From NCBI RefSeq assembly GCF_009914755.1, contig NC_060941.1: a stretch of 64,000 bases of DNA; one strand, written 5' to 3'. The number at the start of each line of letters is the position of its first letter. The stretch's first letter is position 1. Of the stretch, positions 44,567 through 59,626 are shown piece after piece. The stretch comes from the human T2T-CHM13v2.0 reference genome, Homo sapiens. A program made the translations under genes and the position numbers. The notes below the pieces were generated by a model that saw nothing but the letters and a program-made list of their open reading frames with translations, made no database searches and was not told the DNA's origin.

Positions 44567-47403
44567 TTAACTATAATAAAGTATTAGAATAGTCTTAGCA
44601 GGCACTTTTCTAATAGTGGAGAAATGCAAGTGGAAGAAAAAAATGCAAGTGGAAAGTACTGAGTCAAATTACATCTTCAAATCTTAAACATGCACTAAAA
44701 AAGATTTTAGTATACTGTTATTCCTATTAAAAATGTGAATATATTGACTGGGCATGATGGCTCAGGCCTGTAATCCCAGCACTTTGGGAGGCTGAGGCAG
44801 GCAGATCCTGAGGTCAGGAGTTCAAGACCAGCCTGGCCAATAAAGCGAAACCCCGTCTCTACTAAAACTACAAAACATCAGCCGGGCGTGGTGGCGGGCG
44901 CCTGTAATCCTAGCTACTCGGGAGGCTGAGGCAGGAGAATTGCTTGAACCTGGGAGGCAGAGGTTGCCGCAAGCAGAGATCGTGCCACTGCACACCAGCC
45001 CAGGTGACAGTGCGAGAGTCTGTCTCAATTAAAAAAAAAAAAAGAAAAGAATATATCGAGCTCAAAACAAGCTGGAAAAAATGTGAATATCAATTTCCCC
45101 TCTCACAAAGCTTCAGTGTGCCTAGTCCACTGGCTAAATCCCTGTTTAGAGATAATTAATTCAGTTGGCTACTGCAGGTTTGTAATAAACCTGAAAAACT
45201 ACTGAAGCAGAGTTAAAACATGAATAATACTGGTAAGATGCTCCAGTTAAAGTTTCTTCTCACAGCTCATTTCATTCCTTCAGAAATCTAAAGGAGCAAA
45301 AATAATTTTCTATTCCGCATGGGTTATAAGTTATATTTCCTTGTGAAAGTATAGTTATCACTTCAGTTCTAACCATGAGATTTATTTATTTAATTCCTTC
45401 TCTCTTTCCCAAAATATCTGGTTAAACTCTTGGGCCAAATGTAAGAAGTAAATAATAATTTAGAATATCTGACTTAATACTAAAAGATGATGACCACATT
45501 GACCTTATAATTCTCTTAGAGCCCAGACTGTGAACCTGCACTCCCTGGAGGAATGGCTGATTCCAAGTGTGGGGAAAATGTACAAGATAAGCATAGAACA
45601 CCAGTTTCCTTATTTTGCTCTCTCGTACAACACCAGACAATGTGCTCATGTCAAAAGGACTCAGAACCCAACATGAAGATGCACCCAGCATTCACTGCAC
45701 CCAGCATTCAACGAAGGGAAAAAACGAGCACCAATAAAAATAACTGCTAGGTGCGGTGGCTCACGCCTATCATCCCAACACTTTGGGAGGCAGAGGCAGG
45801 TGGATTGCTTTTGAGCTCAGGATTTGAAGACCAGCCTGGTGAACACGGCAAAACCCCGTCTCTACCAGAAACACAAAAATTAGCTGGGCATGGTGGTGTA
45901 CCTGTGGTCCCAGCTACTCAAGAGGGTGAGGTGGGAGGATTGCTGGAGGTCGGGATGTCAAGCCTGCAGTGGGCAGCGATTATACCACTGCACTACAGCT
46001 TGGGTGACAGAGTTAAGACCCTGCCTGAAAACAATAAATGAATAAATAAAAATAAAATAAAAATAACTGCGATGAAAGGAAACACAAATATGTTAAAACG
46101 TGTAAGTTCATAATATACTAAAAAAGAAAAAAACACACACACAAAGTTCATTGGTCAATTTTGGAAGATGCTAGGAAACTAATTCATTATTTTGAAAACT
46201 AGGAAAGAATCAAACATACATCCTGCCTTTTCTGTATGAACTGTACCTTGGGTAACTAACTGATCAAAGAGTTTCTCTTTATGAAAGAATTCCAGCTAAC
46301 AAAGAAAGAAGAAATAACAGTTAGAATAAAACCATTTCACAAACACCTGATGAAACTACAAAAGTAGGCCAGAGTTTCTCAACCTCAGGGCTACTGACAT
46401 TTTAGGCCTATTAATACTTTGCGTTAGGGGGCTGTGCTGTGCTGACTCTTACCCCTGAAGGTACCTATAGCATTCCCTCTCCCAAGCTGTGACAGTGTGT
46501 CTCCAGACATTGCCAAATTACCCTGGTAGTGAAATGCTGACACAGGCAGTGACCACTAACATCACTAAAAAAACACACATACGCACACACAAGTACACAT
46601 TATGCCTCCTGATCAAAGCATATGCGATACTGAGAGTGTAATCTGAATCAGATCAACCACCTAAATTTAACTACCAGTTTTTGGAAATTTGGGGAACAGA
46701 TGAACATGGTCAATGACACTCTGGGGATAATATCAGCAAAATCAAAATTTGAGAATTCTACAGGACAAATGACCCCGTTTCTTCAGTAAATCACAAGGGG
46801 AATCTATAAAGGAAAAGAGACCTAAGAGACATAGTAACCAAACTACATACAGACCTTGATTAACAGGAGGAAAAAAAAGAATGGAACAACAACAACAAAA
46901 AAATTAGGTGGGGCAACACAGGGAGACCTCATCTCTAGAAAAATTCAAAAAATTGGATGTGGTGATGCACCCCTGTGGTCCCAGCTATATGGGAGGATCC
47001 CTTGAGCCTGGGAAGCTGAGGCTGCCATGAGCCACTATCATGCCACTGCACTCCAGCCTGGGCAACAGAGAAAGACCCTATCTCAAAAAAAAAAGAGAAA
47101 AAAAAAAAACTGGGGAAACTGTCAACTTCTTAGGTGTGATGATGGGATGACAGTTATGTTTAAAGAAGATGATCTAATTATTTTTAAGCTGGGCAGTAGG
47201 TGTATGACAGTTCTCCTCCTTACAATTGTTTGTTGTTTTTTAAAGTGGGTCACATTATGGGGCATGACCAAAAAATAATCACCATCATCATCCTCCTCCT
47301 TCTCCACCTACAGCCCAAGGAATGGAAAAAGAAACTGTGTTTTCTCAGATTCTGAGGTGGCAGAAAGACAATAACACACTAACTCATTTACTCATAAACA
47401 TAT

Positions 47404-47877
47404 TGTTATGGATTGAATCGTGTCCCTTACTCACCCCCCAGAAAATTTCGTATGTTGAAACTCTAACCTCTAGTTCCTCAGAATGTGACCTTATTTGGAA
47501 AGGGTTATTGCAGATGTAATTAGTGAAGATGAGGTCCTACTGGAGTAGAGAGGAACCCTAATCCAATATGCCTGGTATCCTTATAAAAAGGGGAAATTTG
47601 GCCACAGATACGCACACAGGTAGAACACCATGTGAACATGAAGGCAGAGATCCAGGTGATGCACCTACAAGCCAAAGTATGCCAAAGATGACCAGCAAAC
47701 CACCAGAAGCCAGGGGAGAGGCATGGAACATAAGGTTTCTCACAGTTGTCGAAGAAACCAACTCTAACAACGTGATCTAGAACTTCTAGTCTCCAGATCT
47801 ATGAGATAATAAATTTCTGTTGTCTAAGCCACCCAGTTTGTGGTACTTTGTTGCAGCAAGCCTAGCAAACTAATGCA
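47404..47877 (+). mobile_element. MLT1B-like MaLR solo LTR
   Basis: TGTTATGGATTGAAT..TGTCCC ... GCCTAGCAAACTAAT.CA. TSD catat/cacat. Confidence 0.85.
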
Positions 47878-49086
47878 CACATATTCTATATTTTGAAGAA
47901 AAAATTCCCAGAGAATCATATTTAAAATGGTTAAATTAAGCAAAATAAAACAAACCAAAAAAAGAAAAGTCCCAACTACCTGAAATATTTAATTGTCTTA
48001 GGAAACTGACTTAAAAATATCTAATACAGGCCGGGCACGGTGGCTCACGCCTGTAATCCCAGAACTTTGGGAGGCCGAGGTGGGTGGATCACAAGGTCAG
48101 GAGTTCAAGACCAGCCCGGCCAAGATGATGAAATCCTGTGTCTACTAAAAATACAAAAATTTGCTGGGCATGGTGGCAGGTGTCTGTAATCCCAGCTACT
48201 CAGGAGGCAGAGGCAGAGATTTGCTTGAACCCAGGAGGTGGAGGCTGCAGTGATCCGAGATCACACCACTGCACTCCAGCCTGGGGGACAGATCAAGACT
48301 CCATCTCAAAAATAAAAAAATAAAAATAAAGAAGAAAAACGCTATGGAATTTGACTAGAATTAGGGCTAACAATATGAAGCACTTTGGGAAGCCAAGGCA
48401 GGTGGATCACCATGTCGGCCAGGAGTTTGAGACCAGCCTGGCCAACATGGTGAAACCTCATCTTTACTAAAAATACAAGAATTAGCCAGGTATGGTGGTG
48501 AGCACCTGTACTCCCAGTTACTCCAGAGGCTGAGGCACGAGAATCACTGGAACCCGGGAAGCAGAGGTTGCAGTGAGCTGAGGCAGCCTGGTGTCCAAGC
48601 TGTGGTGAGCCATGACCATACCACTGCACTCAAGTCTGGGCAACAGAGGAAGTCCCTGTCTCAAAAAAAAAAAAAAAAAAAAAAAAAGGGCCAGGTGCAG
48701 TGGCTCACACCTGTAATCCCAGCATTTTAGGAGGCTGAGGCGGGCAGATCATGAGGTCAGGAGTTGAAGACCAGCCTGGCCAACATAGTGAAACCCCATC
48801 CCTACTAAAAATACAAAAATCAGCCGAGTGTGGTGGCATGTACCTGTAATCCCAGCTACTCAGGAGGTTGAGGCAGAAGAATTGCTTGAACCTGGGAGGC
48901 GGAGGTTGCAGTGAGCCAAGACCACATCATTGCACTCCAGCCTGGGCAACAGAGTGAACCTCCATCTCAAAAAAAAAAAAAAAAAAAAATTTAAAAAGGG
49001 AGTATAGGGCCAGCTGCGGTGGCTCACGCCTGTAATCCTAGCACTTTGGGAGGCTGAGGTGGCTGGATCATGGGGTCAAGAGATCA

Positions 49087-49434
<348 letters not shown>

Positions 49435-49586
49435 TTAAGTAAAGATTATTATGGGACAGAATATTCACACTGTTTCTATCATGCCATAGATCACTTGTTA
49501 ATTACAAAAGGAAAAAGAGGCTGAGAATGGAGTCTCACGTCTGTAATCCCAACACTTTGGGAGGCCAAGGAGGGCGGATCACCTTA

Positions 49587-49820
<234 letters not shown>

Positions 49821-50765
49821 TTATTCTTAGGAGATGTATAGAAGAAATTAGGGGTGAAGTGCTATGAAATCTGCAGTTAACTCTCAAATTGTACAGAAAG
49901 AAAATTTATTAATGTTAAAAAATGTCAATATTCATAGATACACATATATGTGGGGGCAGGTAGAAAGGGAGGGACACAGAGACAAAGAAAATATGGCAAA
50001 ATGGTAACACCTGGTGATCACTGAACTATTCTTGCAACTCTGAAAAGTTTAAAAAATTTCAAAGGTATATTGTTTTTGAACTGCTCGGGAGGTTTAAATT
50101 TTTGAATTTTTAAAATAAGCAATCAATTGTGAGGAAGTCTGAGAAGCCACAGACTTAAGAGATAAGATGAAAAATAAGGAAAGTAGAATCACAGTAATAA
50201 GAGGAACAGAGTTTCAAAATGCTGTGGTCAGTCAGTAGCTTCAATGCAAAAGAAAGTTAAATTAAGGACCAACTCAGTAAAGACAACTGGATTCAGCAAC
50301 TGGGAAGTCAGTGATGACCTAGGGTACAGGAGCTGCATTGAAATAGTAGAGTTGGGCCACGCGTGGCCCACATCTATAATCCAGCAGTTTGGGAGGCCGA
50401 GGTAGGTGGACCTCTTGAGGCCAGGAATTCAAGACCAGCCTAGCCAACATGGTGAAACCCCATCTCTACTAAAAATACAAAAATTAACCCGAGACAGTGG
50501 CGCACCCCTGTAACCCCAGCTACTCAGGGGCCTGAGGCATGAGAACTGCTTGAACCTGGAAGGCAGAGGCTGCAGTGAGCTGAGATAGGGCCACTGCACT
50601 TCAGCCTGAGTGACAGGGGAAGACTCTGTCTAAAAAACAAAAAACAGGCCTGGCGTGGTGGCTCATGCCTGTAATCCCAGCACTTTGGGAGGCCGAGGCA
50701 GGCGGATCACGAGGTCAGGAGATCGAGACCATCCTGGCTAACACGGTGAAACCCCATCTCTACTA

Positions 50766-50966
<201 letters not shown>

Positions 50967-51619
50967 TTAGAGGTGGTGCACATTTTTAGCATTATAAATG
51001 AATATAAATGAGTGGCAACTGTTACTTTGGTCCACAGATTTTTGGTATCTTAACTAGTTTTTGGTCTCTTCCACTAAAGGCATTGCCTGTTGAACCTTGT
51101 TAGGAATGTAAGTACTGAAGGCAAACTGCCTGGGTTTGAATTTTGTTCTGTCCCTTGCACCCTGCCTCGTTTCAAATCCTAGCTCTGCTTATTACGTTCT
51201 TTTAAGGGGATGACCTTTGAGCAAATGTCTTAGCTTCTGTTTTCCCCAGTAAATGGACACAATAGTTGCTACTTTGTGAAAGATTCATGTAATTGACCAG
51301 CATTTACCAAGTAGCATCAGTGTTTAGTTTCAGTCATTGGTGATTCTGCAGTTGGACTGTGAGGGGGTATTGGGGTGGGGGGTGGTGTGTGTGTAGCACT
51401 TAATTGCAGGCAGGAAGGAAAAGATACTTTTGATAACCGACAGGCAGCTTTTCTCTGCTTTTGTGTCAAAAGGGAGGAAGGGAGTTTGGAGAGGGAAATG
51501 AATTCTCTGTAACACTAAGCTCTCTTCCTCAAAACCAGAGGTAGATAGAATGTGTAATAATTTACAGAATTTCTAGACTTCAACGATCTGATTTTTTAAA
51601 TTTATTTTTATTTTTTCAG

Positions 51620-51726
51620 GTTGAGACTGAGCTAAAGTTAATCTGTGGCGACGTTCTGGATGTACTGGACAAAGACCTCATTCCAGCAGCTACAACTGGC
51701 AAGTCCAAGGTTTTCTATCATGAAAT
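51620..51726 (+). pseudogene. YWHAE: Duplicated YWHAE (14-3-3 epsilon) exon 3 fragment, unprocessed pseudogene
   Basis: 107 nt, TTTTTTCAG|...|GTAGGT, translating [35 protein letters not shown](M). Recalled YWHAE is [36 protein letters not shown]. Confidence 0.9.
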
Positions 51727-54700
51727 GTAGGTTCTATACTAACAATTAACAAGTGTACTTCAATAAATTTAAACATTCTCAGGAATAGTTGACTTTGTTT
51801 CTTTTTTTCTTAGACATTTCATATTATTTTCCTTATTAAATATAACCAAAAATCCCACAGAAATTAACTGAGGAGCCTCTAAATATCAACAAAGTTATCA
51901 CTTGATAGACTAGAATTAAACAAGCAAGTGGTTCCAAGAAATGGCACGAGTGTATTAATCATAAAATAAAATTTCTACATGAAACATTCAGCCATTCTAG
52001 ACCATTTCTGTCTGTGCAGACTCATCTTTTCCTGTTCTTTGCAAAGCCCAGCTAGAGCAAGCAAGTTCTTCCCAATAGGTTTTTCCCATCTCTGGTTGCT
52101 TGGCTGGCTGGGCTTCCTCTACAAACCCCCTTCCTTTCCCCTAAGCAGGGCCCGGTGTCCCCATCCCGCGGAGTTGAGCTCATGAGGGCATCTGACCAGG
52201 AGTAGCTATTCCTGGTGCTATTGTCATTGTCCTGTTTCATGTGTGAACATGGCTGGCTCTACAGAGATTTGGCGGGTAGCAAGGAGGTTTCTTTTTGAAT
52301 CTTCTTTTGGAAGTCAGACTTGATGAGGATCTTATGCCCACTTTTTCCTAGCTCTGTGGTGTCAGGCAAAGTCTGTTTCTGCAAATGGGGGTTAAGAATT
52401 CCTACCTCACAGCAGTCTTTTGATAAATAAATAAGATCTTAAGTGTAAATTATTCCACTAGAAATTGCACAGTCACTTTGGTCTTCATCCTGGAGGTCCA
52501 CTGACAAGCCTCATGCAAACCTGTGGCCCTGTTCATAAAGTGTTTTGATCCATACTTTCAAATGGCCTCAGGAAGACCTTTTATAAAGTAAAAATGTTAG
52601 GCAGCCACATGATATCCATTGACCCAGTGAGGCTGTTTTACTGGATATAAGAGGTTTGACCCGGCATTTTGGGGGGCCGAGACAGGCAGATCACTTGAGG
52701 CCAGGAGCTGGAGACCTGCCTGGCCAACATGGAGAAACCCCATCTCTATTAAAAATACCAAAAAAATTAGCTGGGCATGGTGGCACATGCCTGTAATCCC
52801 AGCTACTTGGGAGACTGAGGCACAAGAATCGCTTGAACCCGGGAGTCAGAGGTTGCAGTGAGCCAAGCCGAGATGGCGCCACTGCACTCCAGCCTGGGCA
52901 GCAGAGTGAGACTCTGTCTCAGGGGAAAAAAAAGGGTGAGGGGAGGGTTTGAAAAAATAGTAGCATGTAGTTATGTTTCTACAATATTTGATATATATAA
53001 GGATTTACCAACCTCTTGCATTAGCTGCTATCCCCTACAGCAGTTGCTGTAGGAAAAAAACATCAAGTTCTGAGCTCCTACTGTTTGCCAGGCATATTCT
53101 GAGATGATCACGTTGAAATCTCAGAGTTACCCTGCAGAGTAGTCAGGGTATCACTGCCTGACAGATGAAGAAGCTGAGGCTTCCAGCAGATAAATGACTT
53201 ACCCCAGGCCACATAGAAAATGAGTGGGAGAGCCCAGGTCTGTCTGTGAGGTATAATGAAATTAGCATAAACCCTCCACATTGGCGCCACTCGCATAAAT
53301 TAACATATATTCTCTCACAGAAAGTATTTTATTGGGCATAACAGTTTGTATCATTTACCGTTTAACATTAGCCGTGGATCTTCCCACATCACATGACTAT
53401 GCCTCATTCTTTTTGGATAATATGATTACTATTGAATGGATTTACTATCATTCACTTAATCAATACTCCTTTTGATGGCCATTTTAATTGTCTATTTTTT
53501 CCTTTTGCACAGATTGGTGTAATAAACGTGATTTTATAGTAATATTTTTGTCTGCCTGTGAAAATGTTTGCTGGACAATAAATTCCTAGGAGTCAAATAA
53601 GGTCAAAGATTATAAATACAGTATTTATTTTCATAAATATTACCAAGTCAGCCACAAATGTTTAAATTACTAATGGTTTCAGATTATTGTATTTAATGAG
53701 TAAACACTTTTATAGGGTTTACTTTTATGAACACTTTTATTTGCCAGATATCATTCTAAGTCCTTTACAAAATTAACTTTTTTAATTTGTAATATAACCC
53801 TGAGATGTATATTAGGATTATCCCCATTCTACAGATAAGAACACTGAGAAGTTAATTAACTTGCCACATATCTAGGAAGTGACAAGGCTAGTTGCACAGC
53901 CAGGCAGTCTGGCTCCTGAGTCCACATTTTAGACAACACTATACCTCCTGGTTCTTTTGAGGCATTACTGCTGGAACTATCCTAATACTCATAAATAAAC
54001 ATTTCTTTTGGGGAGGGCCAAATAAAATTTTAAACAGAAAAGTTTTCACCAACTGTCAAGCTCATAAAGTTGTACGTTATACACTTTTTTCATGATGCCC
54101 ACAGATAATTTATTAATGATATCATCTATTTTAAAAGACGTATGTAAAACCCAACCCTTAAGAAAGGATTCCTATCACTGTTCCCACAGGCACCCTCCTC
54201 AGTCTTATACCTTTCCATTCCACCCCCCAAAACAAATCATTCAGCATATTTATTTCATACTGTAATATAGGAAGTAGCTTCTTTTTAGATTTTCTTAGAT
54301 TATTAACATTGATCATACAAACATGGAATAGAAATTCCTTATGTTTTATCTGGATTTAAGGTGCTACATAATGGAATCTATTTCTATCAAGCCATACACA
54401 TTGGAGATAATGAAATCACTTGTGTTCTAGCCTAAACGTTATGGGAATTTCAGAACTGCAACATAACAGATAATCCTTGGACGAAAACTAAATCTCTCCT
54501 CTGGTCAGGCATCTATGTGCATCAGTGAAGAGAAGACGGGGACTGTGGAAGGGAAAACAGTGAGTCAGGAAGGACTGTGGCCACATCTGTTCCCCGGACC
54601 CTCAAGTAGTTAAATCCTGACCTCCTCTACCCCAGACTGTCCTGGGGAACGGCCAACACTGGCTTTTCACAACTGTGTGTTACCAGAAATGCAACAGAAA

Positions 54701-55214
54701 CCCAGCTGAATCCCCAGGGTTTCCCTTCTGCCCTTCTCAATGGAAAGATCTGTCCCAGGACCATTTATTCCAACATTTTCAATTATGAGAAATCTGGGAA
54801 GATAAAGTTATTTTCACATTTCTCAAGAAATACATACTTATTCATACTCATGACAGGAAAGTCAGAATCTACAGAAAACCAAGAAGATTTTTAAAAATCC
54901 ATGATACCACCATCAAAAGAGCCACACTTAGTATGTTGGTCCACAGGTTTCCTAGCACCCTTTTCTGTTGGTGTATGCACAAAATACACAATCACATTCT
55001 GTCTACATTTTACAATTTGCCATTTTTTGATTAACACTATATATTGACCAATTTTTAAGACCTGCAACATATGTCGACAACATTATTTCAGAATAATATA
55101 TTTATAAATAAACGCACACACAAACTGTCTGTCTTATATACAACACGTCTTACTTTCTAATTCTCCACTCTGGAAGATTTAGGTTTTCCTAACTTTTTAA
55201 TATACTCACCAGGA

Positions 55215-55432
55215 ATCAGTAAACTTTTTTTATAAAAGGCCAAAGGGTAGATATTTTAAACTCTGCAGGCCATAGGTTTCTGTTGCAACACTCAACTCTG
55301 CTGTTGCAGGGAAAGAAGCCATACACAATTTGTAAATGAATGGGCATGACTGTGTTCTGATAAACTTTACAAAAACAGGTGGTGGACTAGATGCAGCCTG
55401 CTCCTCTGGACATGGCTTACCAGCCCCTGACA
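55215..55432. mobile_element. MER58A-like hAT MITE
   Basis: AAAGGCCA.A..GTA.ATATTTTA..CT.TGCAGGCCATA.GGT.TCTGTTGCAAC.CTCAACTCTGC motif. Confidence 0.7.
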
Positions 55433-55879
55433 TATACCACTACAGAGGATGCTGTTAGAATGAAATCTCTTTACACATCTCTGATCATCTCCTTAGGACT
55501 AATTGCTAGACATGACATGATGGTAGCTGTGGGTCAAAGGGCATGCACGCTCTGGGATGTACATTGCCAGATTGCTCATGATCAGCCTTTCTCATGTCAA
55601 AATGTTTTGTGACCACCAGAAGGCTGGTTCTGCTTTTATTATCCATTGACTGAGGAGTAGAAATGACATGGCATGTATGCAGGATATTTAACCATCGTAT
55701 AGATAATCCTTGTGCACAAGTGCATTCTATATTCTTTCCCAATAGGTCTACATCTGCCAGAGTTGAAATAAAATAAAACAAAACAAACCTATTTAGCACC
55801 TTCTGTGTAGCAGGTCCATTCATGTATGTTGTTGTATTTCATTCTCAGAATTCTTATGACCTAGGCATTTTAAAAATTT

Positions 55880-57283
55880 TTTTAAAAATATTGAGTTGAC
55901 AAGGATTGTGTATATTTAATGCATACAATGTGATTATTTCATATATGTATATATTGTGTACTAATTATCACAATCAAATTTATTACATCCATTACCACCT
56001 ATGCTGTACATTAAATCTCCAGAATTTGTTCATCTTATAACTGAAAGTTTACACCCTTTGATTAATAGCTTCCCATTTTCCCCACCTCCAGCCCTTGGCA
56101 ACCACCATTCTACTATCTGTTTTTATGAGTTTGACTCTCTTAGATCCCACATATAAGTGAGATCATACAAAACTTGTCTTTCGGTGTCTGGCTTATTTCA
56201 CTTAGCGTAATGTCCTCCAGGTTTATCCAGGACAGGAGTTTCTTCTTTTGAATGGCTAATAGTCCATTGTTTATATGTATTTTATTTATCCATTCATCTG
56301 TTGCTGGACACTTAGGCTGTTTCCATATCTTGGGTATTGTGAATAGTGTTGTAATAAACATGGGGCGCAGATCTCTCTTCAAGGTTCTAACCTGATTGCT
56401 GAATCGTATGGTAGTTCTGCTTCTAATTTTTTGAGGAACCTCCATACTGTTTTCTGTAAAGGTTATACCACTTTACATTCCAACCAACAGTGTACAAGGG
56501 TTCTCTTTCCTCTATGCTTTCGCCAACACTTGTTATCTCTTGTCGTTTTTTTATAAGAGCCATCCTATCCTATGAGGCAATATCTCACTGTGGTTTTGAT
56601 TTGCATTTCTCTGATGATTAGTGGTGTTGAGCACCTTTTCATATGCTGGCTGGCCATTTGTATATCTTCCTTGGGGAAAAAAGTCCATTGGGGTCCTTTG
56701 CCTATTTTTAATTGCGTTATTCATGTATTTATTAATTTTTGCTATTGAATTGTGTGAATTCCTTATATTTTTTCAAATAACCCCTTATCAAATATATGGG
56801 TCGCAAATATTTTCTTCCATCCCGTAGGTTGCCTTTTCATTTTGTCATGGTTTCCTTTGCTGTGTAAAACCTTTTAAGATTGATGTAGTCCCATTTATTT
56901 ATTTTCACTTTTGTTGCCTGTGCTTTGGTGTTACATCAAAAAAAATATTGCCAATTATGACCAATGTCGAGGAGATTTTTCCCTATGTTTACTTCCAGGA
57001 TTTACATGGTTTCAGATATTACATTTAAATCTTTAATCCACTTTGAGCTAATTTTCTGTATATGATGTAAAACAAGTGTGCAATTTCATTCTTTTTCATG
57101 CACTTTCCCCAACACCATTCATTGAAGAGAGTTTCCTTTCTACATTGCGCCTTTTTTTTTTTTTACAGTACAGTGAAAGCAAGTCTATTAAGAAAGTAAA
57201 GGAATAAAAGAATCTACATTGTATATCCTTGATGGCCTTGTCAAAGATCTGTTGACCATATATGCACGGGGTTATTTCTGGGT
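55880..57283 (-). mobile_element. Old L1M(A) 3' fragment
   Basis: ORF 56140..56445 gives IWKQPKCPATDEWINK...LEDITLSEISQ..KDKFCMISLICGI, the L1 ORF2 end. Confidence 0.85.
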
Positions 57284-57293
57284 GAGCTTGGCA

Positions 57294-57605
<312 letters not shown>

Positions 57606-58975
57606 GAGCTTGGCATTTTTATCTACCTCATTCTACCGATGAGGAGGCCGAGTCTCAGAGAGTTCACAGACCTGCCTAAGGTCACTCAGCTAGAGGTGAT
57701 ACAACCAGGGTTTGAACTGAGATCTGCCAAGCTTCTGAGTTTATTCTTTTTCCCCCACACCAAGGATCCTCAATTCTGCCTTACTGACATCAGGATCCGG
57801 TCAATTCTTTGTGATGGGGGCTGTCCTGCACCTGGCAGGATGTTTAGCAGCTTCTCTGGCCTCCACCCACTGGATGCCAGGGGAATGCAGAAGAGGCTTG
57901 TTCATTCTCCCATTTAATCCTCAGGACAATATCTGACATAAATGTTACGTCTTTTATTTTATAAATGAAGAAAATGAGACTCAGAAAGGTTTAAGTGAGT
58001 TACTTAAGAACACACAGACAGCAAGAGGTAGAACTGGAAACCGAACACAGGTGTCCACATGGGACAACAAAAAAGTTCACGTTCCATCTTCTTTTGAGTC
58101 TCTCATTTCAATAATTACCATTGTGTGGATATGAGCTGAAGTACAGGAAACCTGGGGCTGAACTCTCCTCCCATCAGGCCTAGGAGCCCCAGACCAGAAC
58201 CCCAGCCCAAGGTCTCCCAGTCAGGCCCGCTGGCGTGAGCTGGCATCTACACTAGCATGGTCTCCCAAAGCTGCAGGGATGCCAGTCTCGCCGCTGATGA
58301 AGAAAATGAAGGGCATTTGCTTCTCATGCAGGCTGTCGGGATTTAACACAGATTCCTTTTCTTGCTCTCTTCTCCCATAGCACAAAACTGGGTGGTCCAT
58401 CCCCCTCCCAGTGTCCCAAGGCTTTGTTGCGTGTTCTCTTTAATTTCTCCCACTCTTGCGGTGTACCCTACCCTCATCTCCCTGGCAACCTTTCTGCTGT
58501 ATCCTCTCGACACCTGGATCACAAGAACACTTGTGAGACCCCTTAACAAGTTACATCCCAAATTATCATTCCCCTTTGTCCTCAGCCAGTGCTCAGGTCC
58601 AACTTGCTCTCCTGGGGTGACTTTCTTTCCTGCCCAATATGGTTTCATCATCTGTAAATTGGGGATAATTAAAGTCTTGATCCTGATATTTGACTCTCAA
58701 AGCAGAAGTAGCAAGCTCAGCCAAGTCACTTCAACAAGAGGAGAAGTTCCTTGTGAACCAAAAGGGCACTGGTCACAAGGGCCGCTCCTTCTTCTGTCAG
58801 GCCTCTCCAGCACGCCCTTGGCTCAGCCAAAGAAGAGACTCAGGCTGTGCTTCTGCACTGTTGGGATAACATAGGCCTCTTCCATGTGGTTCCACACCAG
58901 GAACATGGGGACAATCAGACCTCTCCCAGTGTGGGCATAAGGATACAAGATCATGTCAATATTGACATTCATAAT

Positions 58976-59280
58976 GGCTGGGCGCAGTGGCACACGCCTG
59001 TAATGCCAGCACTTTGGGAGGCTGAGGTGGGCAGATTGCTTGAACCCCAGAGTTCGAAACCAGCCTGGGCGACTTGGCAAAACCAGTCTCTACTGAAAAT
59101 ACAAACAATTGGCTGGGCTTGGTGGCGCACACCTGTAGTCTCAGCTACTTGGGAGGCTGAGGTGGGAGGATTGCTCAAACCCAGGGAGGTTGAGGCTTCA
59201 GTGAGCTATGATGGCACTGCTGTACTCCAACCTGGGCAACAGAGTGAGGCCCTGTCTCAAAACAAAAACAAAGACAAAAC
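58976..59280 (+). mobile_element. AluJ
   Basis: Diverged Alu with (CAAAAA)-type tail. Confidence 0.85.
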
Positions 59281-59494
59281 AACATTCATAATAGTAGCAA
59301 TAGCTACTATGTGCCAAGCCCAGGCACCTCTTCGAGTCTTTGCTGTCACCCTATCAGGTAAGCGTGCTTAGAAGTTACACGAAGCACACGGCTCAGTGTT
59401 TGGCCCACGGTAAGGGCCTAAAAAGGGATAGCCCCAGTGGTGGGGATGCTGCTGCTGCTGACCATTAACCCCAGTCTGCTCCACCTTCTTCCAG

Positions 59495-59626
59495 GCAGTC
59501 TGTGAGATGTTTCATGTCCGAGGCAAACAGCACATTCAGATCCCCAAGCTCTACACCTCCAGTGTGACCAGGCACCTGCACCACTTCAGGCTCATGCAGG
59601 ACTCACAGCCTTTGGACCTCAGCTAA
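59495..59626 (+). pseudogene. Terminal-exon-like fragment of an unrecognised gene, [43 protein letters not shown]
   Basis: Branch-like TTAAC, pyrimidine tract and CCAG acceptor, then 43 open codons and TAA. Donor gene not recognised. Confidence 0.45.
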
